Shown here piece by piece: positions 9,356-18,363 of a stretch of 64,000 nucleotides of DNA; the stretch's first letter is position 1; each line of letters starts with the position of its first letter. A program made the position numbers and the translations under genes. Source of the DNA: an uncultured Gemmatimonadaceae bacterium. GTDB lineage: Bacteria > Gemmatimonadota > Gemmatimonadetes > Gemmatimonadales > Gemmatimonadaceae. The stretch covers positions 32,001-96,000 of the forward strand of contig CAWGJO010000026.1 of the NCBI GenBank assembly GCA_963822945.1, in the 5' to 3' direction. A model generated the notes under the pieces. That model ran no database searches. It saw only the letters and a program-made list of their open reading frames with translations, and was not told where the DNA came from.

Positions 9356-11248
9356 CTACGCGGCGTGGTGCTGCTGCATTTTGGCTTCGGTGACGGTGCG
9401 CTCGTACAGGTTGAGCACGTGGCTGCGCGTGATGAGGCCCAGGTAGCTGCCGTCCTCCGCATCCACCACCGGCACGGCGCCCGCGCCGCGCACACCCATC
9501 TTGCGAATCGCGTCGAGCAGGGTGTCGGCCGGCGTCACGGTCTCGGTGGGCCGCGCCACGTCGGCGGCCACGATCAACTCCGCCAGATAGCCCGAGTTCG
9601 CCGCCACCTCTCCCAGGTCGTTGATCGCAATCACGCCGATGAGCTGCCGGTCGTCGCTCACCACCGGGAAGTAGGTCTGGTCGCTGTTGCCCAACTGCCG
9701 GAGGAAATCGTGCACCGGGGCCTCTTCCGGAAGCGTCTGCGCATTGCGGTCGTACGCATCGGCCACGCGCAGGCCGGCCAGCGTGTCGCGGTCGGCGCCA
9801 TGCGCCACGCTCTCGCCGCGCCGCCGCAGCCAACCACTGTACAGCGAATCGGGTTCGAGCTTGCGGGCCACCGTGTGCGCAATCACCACCGTGAGCATCA
9901 GCGGAAGCATGATCGCGTAGTCGTGCGTCATCTCGAATGCCAGCAGGATGCCGGTGATCGGCGCGTCGGTGGCGCCGGCGATCATCGCTCCCATGCCCAC
10001 CAGGCCGTAGATGCCGGGGTGGATGTTTCCGGCGGGCCAGGCGGCAGCCAGCGCGCTCCCAACGGCGCCGCCGGTGGCCGCACCGATATACAAAGAAGGC
10101 GTGAAGACGCCGCCCGATCCGCCGGTGTTCAGTGTGAGGGAGGTGGCGATGATCTTGCCGATGGCCAGCGCCGCCAGCGCGTACCAGCTGAACGTGGTGA
10201 ACGAGGTGACGTTGATGGCCAGGTGCCCGAAGCCGACCAGATGCCCCTGCGAGACGAATACCATCACGCCCACGGCAGCGCCGCCGATCGTGGCGATCAT
10301 CGGCGCGCTGTACGTCTGCTTCTTCACCCAGTCGCCGATGTTGAAGTAGACGCGGACGAATCCCGCCGCCGTGAGTCCGGCGATCAACCCCAGTAGCGGG
10401 AAGAACACCAGCACCTCGCTCACATGGCTGTAGGTGAAGGCATCCATGTTGGCACTCGGCAGCGCGAACGCGGGGTGGTTGCCGAGGAAGGCCTGCGACA
10501 CCACCGCCGACATGACCGCCGCCACGACCACCGGGGCGAACGAAATCCCCGCCATCGTGCCCAGCGTCTCCTCGAGGGCGAAGAAGGCGCCGGCGAGCGG
10601 GGCATTGAAAGCGGCGCTGATCGCCGCCCCGGTGGCGCATCCCACGAGCACGCGCACCCGTCCCGGCTCGAAGCGGAAGCGGCGCCCAAGCCACGAACCG
10701 ATCAGCGCGCCCAGCACGACGACGGGACCTTCGCTGCCGGCCGACCCTCCGCTGCCGATGGTCACCGCGCTGGCGGCGGTGCGCGCCAGCGCCGGGCGGG
10801 TGGGGATGAAGCCGCCCCGCTTGACGACGGCCAGCTGGACGTCGGGCACGTTCATCCCTTCGTTCCCCTGGCCCAGCCGGTGCATGATCCAGTACGCGGC
10901 GGCGAAACCGAGGCCGGTGATCACCGGGCGGTAGGCGTTGACCGTGACCTCGGGGATGTACCGCGACGGCCACTTGTAGAAGACGTCGAACGCCAGGTCG
11001 ATGCTCTTGTAGAAGGCGACCACGCCGAGGGCCGCGAGGATGCCGATGGCGACCGCGAAGCCAAGGAGCACCCAGTTCTCACTGAACTCACGGGCGTTGA
11101 ACCACTTGACGAATTCGTCCCAGATGATCTTGCCGACGACGATGCTGCGCCGGACGAACTTCCGGGTCGCGTCGGCGAGGCTAGATTTTGGGGCGTCGGA
11201 CGCCGGTTCGGTTATGGCTGGCACAGCAAGGCGGTCCAACCCGGGCAC
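9356..11248 (-). CDS. ClC-family anion channel/antiporter with C-terminal CBS pair
   Basis: GGSAGSEGP, AFNAPLAG, GGSGGVFTP, DSLY and two CBS domains; start uncertain. Confidence 0.92.
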   Translation of the reverse strand: MPGLDRLAVPAITEPASDAPKSSLADATRKFVRRSIVVGKIIWDEFVKWFNAREFSENWVLLGFAVAIGILAALGVVAFYKSIDLAFDVFYKWPSRYIPEVTVNAYRPVITGLGFAAAYWIMHRLGQGNEGMNVPDVQLAVVKRGGFIPTRPALARTAASAVTIGSGGSAGSEGPVVVLGALIGSWLGRRFRFEPGRVRVLVGCATGAAISAAFNAPLAGAFFALEETLGTMAGISFAPVVVAAVMSAVVSQAFLGNHPAFALPSANMDAFTYSHVSEVLVFFPLLGLIAGLTAAGFVRVYFNIGDWVKKQTYSAPMIATIGGAAVGVMVFVSQGHLVGFGHLAINVTSFTTFSWYALAALAIGKIIATSLTLNTGGSGGVFTPSLYIGAATGGAVGSALAAAWPAGNIHPGIYGLVGMGAMIAGATDAPITGILLAFEMTHDYAIMLPLMLTVVIAHTVARKLEPDSLYSGWLRRRGESVAHGADRDTLAGLRVADAYDRNAQTLPEEAPVHDFLRQLGNSDQTYFPVVSDDRQLIGVIAINDLGEVAANSGYLAELIVAADVARPTETVTPADTLLDAIRKMGVRGAGAVPVVDAEDGSYLGLITRSHVLNLYERTVTEAKMQQHHAA

Positions 11249-11374
11249 GCAGGGCGCCGGGCGTTAGATTCAGGGGTTGGAAGTGTTCCAGAAGAATCAA
11301 TCTATTTAGTTTTGGCAGTTCGTGCATTGTCGGGGCCGGGCGGCCCCTACTACACCTTGGGGAGGAATTCTGTG

Positions 11375-11899
11375 ATGAACGTTCGGTTTGGTGCGGGCGT
11401 GGCTGCGGCCATGCTTTCGCTGGCGATGATTGGCTGCGGCGGCGGTGGCGAGAAGGCGGCGGCGGGCAGCAGCACGGCGGCGGCTCCGGCTGCGGCGGCG
11501 TCTGCGTCCGATTCGTCGAGCATGGCGGCCACGAGCTCGGCCAAATACATGGCGCCCACCGGCAAGACGTGGGAAGTGAAGATGATGGGTGACGCGCAGG
11601 GCTATCGTTTCGATCCCAAGACGCTGACCATCCATCAGGGTGATGCGGTCAAGTTCATCATGGTGTCCGGCGGCCCCCACGACGTGACCTTCTGGGCTGA
11701 CAGCATCCCGAGCGGCGCCGAGGCGCAGCTCACGGCCAACATGCCCGACCACACGGCGCCGCTCACCGCGCCGATGTCGGTCAACCCGAACTCGGCGTAC
11801 ACCGTTTCGTTCGCCGGCGTTCCGACGGGGCTGTACAAGTACTACTGCACGCCGCACCTCGCGATGGGGATGGTCGCGCAGATCACGGTCGAGAAGTAA
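11375..11899 (+). CDS. Plastocyanin/halocyanin-like type-1 copper lipoprotein
   Basis: Lipobox-like LAMIGC, Ala/Ser linker, GPHD and YYCTPHLAMGM copper ligands; GGAGG RBS. Confidence 0.9.
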   Translation: MNVRFGAGVAAAMLSLAMIGCGGGGEKAAAGSSTAAAPAAAASASDSSSMAATSSAKYMAPTGKTWEVKMMGDAQGYRFDPKTLTIHQGDAVKFIMVSGGPHDVTFWADSIPSGAEAQLTANMPDHTAPLTAPMSVNPNSAYTVSFAGVPTGLYKYYCTPHLAMGMVAQITVEK

Positions 11900-12003
11900 G
11901 CACCAATCCTCTGCCGACGGCTGGCCGAGAACGGTCGGCCGCCGGTAGACGACGGGTTCAGAGTTCTCAGTCGACGGGTAGCGGTCGACCGTGCACAAGA
12001 GAA

Positions 12004-12041
12004 CGGGGTGGGGCTCCGGGTACCGAGTCCCACCCCGCTTT
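12004..12041. terminator. Probable intrinsic terminator between convergent genes
   Basis: CGGGGTGGG...CCCACCCCG stem followed by CTTT. Confidence 0.55.
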
Positions 12042-12118
12042 CGTTGCCATCACGGGTGACGGAACCCCGTCGATCCGCGACGCCCCGCATGCGGTTGCGC
12101 CGTAACTTGCCGCCGTCG

Positions 12119-14814
12119 TCAGCCGTCGGCCCGTAGTGCGATGGCCGGATCCACCCCCGCCGCCCGCCTGGCCGGCAGATAGCTGGCGCCCAGCGCCACC
12201 ACCAACAGCACCACGCCCAGCAGCGCGAAGGTGATCGGATTCCCGGGCTGCACGCCGTACAGCACACCCCGAATCAGATGGGTGAAGACGAACGCCGCGG
12301 GCAGCCCGATCGCGATGCCCACGGCGGCGAGCCCGAGTCCCCGGCGCACGATCATTCCCAACACCCGGCCGCGCCCCGCGCCGAGCGCCATGCGCACGCC
12401 GATCTCTTTGCGACGCTGACTCACCAGATAGGCCAGCACGCCGTAGATCCCGAGCGCGCCGAGCACCAGCCCCATCACGCCGAACGCGCCCAACACCGTG
12501 GTCAGGGCCCTCGGTCGGGCCACGGCGTCACGCACCAGCTGATCGAAGGTGAACACCGACGTCACCGGTTGGTCGGGATCCATCGACTGGATCGCCGCGC
12601 GGATGCTCCGCGCCGCCGCCATCGGGTCCGCGCGCGTTCGCATCACGAGCGTCGTCTTGACGCGGGGCGACTGCATGTTGTTCACGTAGACGAGTGGCGG
12701 GGCCGGCTCGTCGAGCGCCGTCTGCCGGATGTCACCCACGACACCGACAATCGGAACCGGCGCCGGGCCGCCCCCGAACTGTATCTTCTTCCCCACGGGG
12801 TTCTGGCCCGGGAAATATCGGTCGGCGAGTGGCTTGTTGACGATCACGCCGAACGGCGTCTTCTGGTTCTCGTCGGCGCGAAACTCCCGGCCGGCGATCA
12901 GCGGGGTGCCGATGGTGTGGAAGTACCCGTCGCTCACCCGCTGCACGTATGTCGTCGGCCACTGCGCACCGGACGCCACCTGCATCCCTTCGGGGCGGAA
13001 GCTCGCTTGCTCGCCCAACCCCTGGAAGGGCGCATACTGTGCCGCGCCGGCCGACACGACGCCCGGGAGCGTCCGCGCCCGCTCGACCACTCGGTGATAG
13101 AACCCCTGGTACCCCGACGAGTCGGTCCAGCGTCCCGGGCTGATGGTGAAGTTCACCGCGACCAGGTGGTCCGGCCGAAATCCGGGGTCAACCCGGAGCA
13201 GCCGCACGAAACTCTCGGTCATGAGCGAAGCGCCGGCCGCGAGCACCAGCGCCAGCGCGACCTCGAACACCACGAGCGCGCTGCGCAGTCGGTGCCCGCC
13301 TGCCAGAGATCGGCCGCCCTCGCGCAGCGTCCGCTGCAGATCACTCCCCGCACTCCGCATCGCCGGTACGAGTCCGAACAGCACGCCGGTTCCCAACGCA
13401 AGGGCGAACGCGAACAGCAGCACTGTTCCATCCACCCCCACCTCGGCGGCGCGCGGCACCTGCCCGGCGGTGAGCGCAAGCAGCCCGCGGGTGCCCAGCA
13501 CGCCGAGTCCCAGCCCCGCTGCCCCTCCCAGCAGGGCGAGCAGGAGACTCTCCGTCAGCAGTTGGCGCGCGATCCGCCCTCGCGTGGCCCCGAGCGACAT
13601 CCGAATCGCCAGCTCATGGGCGCGCCCGGCCCCCCGCGCCAGCTGCAGGCTGGCGAGGTTCACGCAGGCGAGCAGCAGCACCAGCCCTACCGTCCCGAAG
13701 AGCACGAGAAGGCTCGACCGGATGGGCCCCGTCATCGCGCCCTGCAGGGACTCGACGCGCCCCCCGTGGAAGGCCGAATCCTCGACGAACTTCGCCGATA
13801 GACGATGGGCGATGGCATTGGCCTCGTTCCCAGCCTGCGCCACTGCCACCGCCGGCTCGAGACGCGCAATGCCCGTCAGAAAGCGATTCCACCGGATGCG
13901 CGGCGCCATGTCGTCGGTGATCGTGGCGTAGGGGACGTACACGTCCACGTGGTCGGAGGGATAGCGGAACTCCGGCGGGAGGACGCCGATCACCTGATAC
14001 GGGGCATCGCGCAGAGTGAGCGTGGAATCGATCACCGAGGGGGAACCGCCGAATTCCCGCTGCCAGAATCCGTGGGAGAGCACCACCACGTGGACGTTCC
14101 CCCCGCGCACCAACTCGTCGGGCGGGGCAGGCGCCCGCGCGCCGCCTGCACGCCGAGGGTGGCGAAGAAGTCGCGCTCGACGAAGGCGGCGGAGAGGCGC
14201 TGTGCCTCGCGCCCGCCAGTGAGGTCGATGCCGCTGGCTCCGGGCGTGTACCAGAATCCCAGACCTGCGCGAAGTCGCCGCCCTGCTCGCGCCAGTCGTC
14301 GACGTCCACCGCCGATACCGGAGCCGGCGTGGCGCCGTTCTGCGCCGGCCACCCGAAGCGTACGAGTTGCTCGGGGTGCGGGAAGTTGAGCGGGCGCAGC
14401 AGCACCCCGTTCACGATCGAGAAGATGGCGGTGTTCGCGCCGATCCCCAGCGCCAGCGTGAGGACGGCAATGAGCGCGAACCCCGGGCGAGGCGCGCAGC
14501 TTGCGCACGGCGAACACGAGATCCTGGCGAAGCTCACCCATGTAGTCCTTCCGGCGTTGCAGGGTTTCGGTCTCGAGGTCGACGGAGCGGAGATGGCCGC
14601 GCGTCGTCGAGATCACCGAATTCGCGCAGGGCCTGCTCGCGCGCGGCCGTCGGCGACACCCCCGTCCCCACCAGCGCTTCGGCACGACGGTCGAGGTGGA
14701 AGCGCAGCTCCTCGTCCACGTCGGCGGCGATGTCGTTCGGCGTGCGGCGGATGAACCCGAACAGCCGGCGGATCTTCACCTGAAGCTCCGGGACGAACGC
14801 GGGGCGGAGTTCAT
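12119..14814 (-). pseudogene. MacB/FtsX-type duplicated orphan permease (ADOP-like), frameshifted in its 5' part
   Basis: EELRFHL prefix, [29 protein letters not shown] and DPAIALRAD; 5' part split over three frames with shifts near 14600, 14485, 14262 and 14130; may be assembly error. Confidence 0.8.
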
Positions 14815-15143
14815 GTGGGGGCGAGGACTCGGGCCACCGCATCGGCGTAGCGCCGCCAGGCCGCCTCTTCCGACTTGAGCCGCTGTCGTCCCTTGGCGGT
14901 GAGGCGGTAGAACCGGGCCCGGCGGTTGTTCTCCGACAGCCCCCACTCGGCGGTCACGGCGCCCGCCCGCTCCAGGCGGTGCAGTGCCTTGTAGAGGGGC
15001 GCGTCCTCGATCTCAATGGTCCCGTCGGTCCGCTCGCGGATCCACCGTGACACGGCGTAGCCGTGCATCGGTTCCCAGGCGAGGGTGCGGAGCACGAGCA
15101 CGTCGAGCGTGCCTTGAAGAAGATCGAGCGAGCGGTCCGGCAT
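14811..15143 (-). CDS. PadR-family transcriptional regulator (ADOP-associated type)
   Basis: LLQGTLDVLVL, MHGY, LYKALHRLE and EWGLSENNRRARFY. Confidence 0.93.
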   Translation of the reverse strand: MPDRSLDLLQGTLDVLVLRTLAWEPMHGYAVSRWIRERTDGTIEIEDAPLYKALHRLERAGAVTAEWGLSENNRRARFYRLTAKGRQRLKSEEAAWRRYADAVARVLAPT

Positions 15144-15147
15144 CGTG

Positions 15148-15168
15148 TCCCCTTACTTGGTACGGGGA
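15148..15168. promoter_or_regulatory. Candidate PadR operator overlapping the PadR RBS
   Basis: Near-perfect palindrome TCCCC-T-TAC-TTG-GTA-C-GGGGA. Confidence 0.55.
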
Positions 15169-15311
15169 AGGTCGCACGACCGATGCCATCGCGCAAGCGC
15201 CCGGGGAAACTTGCGCGTATCGCCCTCGGTTGTTGCCACGGGGGCGGTGATGCCCCGCATGGCAATGTGTTACGGCCGCTGACCCATTCCGTTCAGTGAT
15301 GCCGGGCCGGC

Positions 15312-16839
15312 TCAGCGCGGGCTCCGGCGGGCAGTCGTGGCCCGCCCGCCCGCCGCGCCGCGGGAACGCGGCGCCAACGCCTGGAGGGCCGGCCGCAGCC
15401 GGCGAACCGCCGTGGCGATCGTGCGTTCGGTGACCGCCGAGTAGCCGAACAGGAGCGCCGGCGGCAGCGTCACCTGCTGGCAGTAGCGCGAAAGGGGTGG
15501 CGTCTCGATGCCGACGTCCAGCGCCGCCTGGAACGCGGCGTGGTCGTTGATGCCCTCGCGCAACCGCCCCACCGCGTGCATGCCGATGGCGGCGGGCTCG
15601 ATGCGGAGCAGGCCGCCCAATTCGCGCTCCGCGGCTGCCACGAGGGCCTGCTGCCGGGACCCGTACAGAGTGCGCATGCGGCGCACGTGCCGCGCGAAGT
15701 GTCCCTCGGCCAGGAAGTCGGCCACCACCGCCTGTTCGACCGTGGGTGACAGGTAGTCGGCCAGCGTGCGCCCCATGTGAAACGCATGGGCCAGGTCGCG
15801 CGGCACCACGACGTACCCGAGCCGCAGGGCGGGGAAGAGCGTCTTGCTGAAGGTGCCCAGGTAGATCACGCGGTCCTCGGCGTCCAGCCCCTGCAGGGCG
15901 AGCTGCGGCTGGCCGGCGTAGCGGAACTCGCTGTCGAAGTCGTCCTCGACGATCCAGGCGTCGGCGCGGCGCGCCCAGTCCAGCAGTTCGAGCCGGCGGG
16001 GCAGCGACATCGTGACCCCCAGCGGATACTGGTGCGAGGGCGCGACGAAGGCGGCGCGCGCCCCGGGAGCGCGGCGCTGTCCTTCGTCCACCACCAGCCC
16101 CTCGCCGTCCACCGGTACTGGCACGATGCGCGCGCCCGCCGCGCCGAGCGTTGCCCGGGTGCTCATGTAGCCGGGATCCTCCATCCAGACCGGGTCGCCG
16201 GGGTTGAGCAGCACGCGCGCCGCGAGATCGAGCGCCTGCTCGGGTGCCGCGCACCAGGATCACCTGGTCCACCGCCGCCTTCACGCCGCGGGCGGCGCCG
16301 AGATAGTCCACGATCTCCTGGCGCAGGGGGCGGAAGCCCGCGGGGTCGCCGTAGCGCATCAGCGCGGTGGGGGTCACGCGCCAGCGCCGCTGGTAGAGTT
16401 GACGCCAGATCTTGACCGGGAACGCGTCCACGGCCGGTTCGCCCAGACGGAAGGGGACGGGCGACCGGTTGGAGAAGGGGGCGCCGATGACGGCCGACGT
16501 GTACTGCTCGGCGCGGTCGGCGATCGTCCGCCGGCCGGCCGGTCTGGAACGCTGTCGCGCGGGCGTTCTGGCGGGCGCGGGTCGCAGGTCGGGCAGGTCG
16601 CGCGCCACGTAGCTCCCCGACCCGGTGGACCCGGTGAGGTATCCCTCGGCGATCAGGTGCTCGTAGGCGAGCACCACGGTGCTGCGGGCGACGCCGAGTT
16701 GGGCGGCGAGCCGCCGGGTGGAGGGCACCTGCGTGCCGGGCGGCAGGCGGCCGGCGAGGATGCTCTGGCGGATGGCGTCGAAGATCTGCCGGTAGCGGGT
16801 GCGCCCCGAGTCGGATTCGAGGTTCACGAAGAGTGGCAT
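15312..16839 (-). CDS. MocR/GabR-type GntR regulator with PLP aminotransferase domain (one frameshift near 16241)
   Basis: PSTRRLA...STVVLAYEHL.AEGY HTH; EDPGY, PSHQYPLG, EDDFDSEFRY and GTFSK; removing one base restores TQQALDLAARVLL. Confidence 0.88.
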
Positions 16840-16903
16840 GGCGCTGGGGGCGCGTCGGCTCACGGAAGTCTCTCGTTCGAGGGTTGCCGGGGCGCAGAGG
16901 GAC

Positions 16904-17015
16904 CAAAGTGGTATGGCACAATACCGCATCTTGGCGCTCCGTGCCAGACCGTTCTGCGCATGGTTCCCCACCAATTCCCTGAGGCGGCGGCAAAGTGGTC
17001 TGGTCGATTCGACCA
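16904..17015. promoter_or_regulatory. Candidate MocR operator
   Basis: CAAAGTGGT at 16904 and 16991; palindrome TGGTCGA-T-TCGACCA at 17001-17015. Confidence 0.55.
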
Positions 17016-17125
17016 TATCTGGAGCTTGTGGACGCGCCATTGGCTGGCGAGCGTACAGACATAACACGGCCCCGCTCACGGATGAGCGGGGCCATTAGGC
17101 AGGTGAATCTCCAGCACATTCGGTT

Positions 17126-17632
17126 ATGGCGACTCGTAACGGCGACCGCTTTCGTGTCGTGCGCGCGACTCGGAAGCATCTGGAAATGCTCACGGAACTG
17201 TTCCATTCGTACCTGGCGTTCTATCGGTGCGATCACGACCGCGAGCGGGTGAAGACGTTCCTGACGGCGCGGCTGCTCCGCAAGGAGTCGGCGTTGTTCG
17301 TGGCGCTGGAGGGGACGGGGGTCGCGACGCGGGCTGTGGGGTTCGCGCAGCTCTATCCGACGTTCTCGTCGTTGCGGCTGTCGCGGATGTGGGTGCTGAA
17401 CGATCTGTACACCATTCCGGAGTGCCGGCGGCACGGGGTGGCGCACCTGTTGCTGGCGGCGGCGCACACGATGGCGGTGGGCACGTCGGCGTCGCATCTG
17501 GAGTTGATCACGGAGCGGAGCAACGGGGCGGCGCAGCGGGTGTACGAGTCGGTGGGCTTCCGGCCCGACGATCGCTTCTGCCGCTACGAGCAGGATCTGG
17601 TGGACGCCGAGCATCCGGCGATGCTGGCGTGA
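17126..17632 (+). CDS. GNAT N-acetyltransferase
   Basis: GFAQLYPTFSS, LNDLY...RRHGVA and AQRVYESVGF. Confidence 0.9.
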   Translation: MATRNGDRFRVVRATRKHLEMLTELFHSYLAFYRCDHDRERVKTFLTARLLRKESALFVALEGTGVATRAVGFAQLYPTFSSLRLSRMWVLNDLYTIPECRRHGVAHLLLAAAHTMAVGTSASHLELITERSNGAAQRVYESVGFRPDDRFCRYEQDLVDAEHPAMLA

Positions 17633-17660
17633 AACGCGGCGGGGGCGCCTGACGTAGGGA
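17630..17660 (+). promoter_or_regulatory. Candidate ECF sigma promoter
   Basis: TGAAAC-N17-CGTA; the same spacing and GACGTAGGGA recur at 32091-32120. Confidence 0.45.
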
Positions 17661-17690
17661 GGGGTGCCCCTTACCGATGAGGTTCACGCG

Positions 17691-17940
17691 ATGTTCACGC
17701 TCGTCAATGGTCTGATCAGACTCGTCGCCGCGGTGGTCCTCGGCGTGTTGTTCCTGATCGGGTTGCCGTTTCTCATCATGGCCGTGATCGCTGGTGGCCT
17801 TTGCGGTGCTGGCGGCGATCTTCGGATTGGCCATCGGTCTGCTGAAGCTGGCCATCTTCGTGGTGTTGCCGGTGTTCATCCTGTTCTGGCTTGTGAAGAA
17901 CGTGCTAGGATTTGGCCGGAAGCGCTCGATGGTGCCGTAG
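17691..17940 (+). CDS. Small hydrophobic membrane protein (frameshift near 17790)
   Basis: GAGGT RBS; MFTLVNGLIRLVAAVVLGVLFLIGLPFLIM continues in another frame as LVAFAVLAAIFGLAIGLLKLAIFVVLPVFILFWLVKNVLGFGRKRSMVP*. Confidence 0.6.
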
Positions 17941-18196
17941 CGAGGGAATCTGGACCGGGGCGGTTGCGTCTCACTCAGTGCAGGTGCAGTCTCCTCCAGG
18001 GGAAGGGGTGGGCGGGTCGATACGCGCTGGTGCAGAGGGAAGGACGTAGGTGGTACCGCGTGTGGGGCCTTGCCCGACCGGACTGTGCGACGTTGGCGTA
18101 GTTGATGGACCAGGGCGCGCAGGTTAGGTTACGCGTTCTGCCGTTGGGCCGGATGGCAGTCGAGGGTAGGCTGCACAGGGACATCCGATCCGCGAA

Positions 18197-18270
18197 CGGG
18201 ACGTAGCGCAGTCCGGTAGCGCACCTGAATGGGGTTCAGGGGGTCGCGGGTTCGAATCCCGCCGTCCCGA
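18197..18270 (+). tRNA. tRNA-Pro (anticodon GGG), CCA not encoded
   Basis: Acceptor CGGGACG/CGTCCCG-A, D arm, anticodon stem CCTGA/TCAGG with loop ATGGGGT, GGTTCGAATCC T arm. Confidence 0.95.
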
Positions 18271-18302
18271 TAGAGATACCAGTGGACTTGGAGTATTCGC
18301 GC

Positions 18303-18335
18303 AAAAGCGCCTCGGCCAGTTGCCGAGGCGCTTTT
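18303..18335. terminator. Bidirectional intrinsic terminator
   Basis: AAAAGCGCCTCGGC-CAGTT-GCCGAGGCGCTTTT perfect inverted repeat between the tRNA and a convergent peptidase. Confidence 0.85.
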
Positions 18336-18363
18336 CATTTCTGCTTCAACATCTACCCCGCCC

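Noticed and set aside
11249..11374. Fluoride riboswitch upstream of the ClC gene
   Set aside because: No crcB-motif consensus visible on the minus strand
18197..18335. tRNA-Pro as an integration site
   Set aside because: No integrase, no duplicated tRNA 3' end seen, and no obvious composition shift; a terminator follows directly
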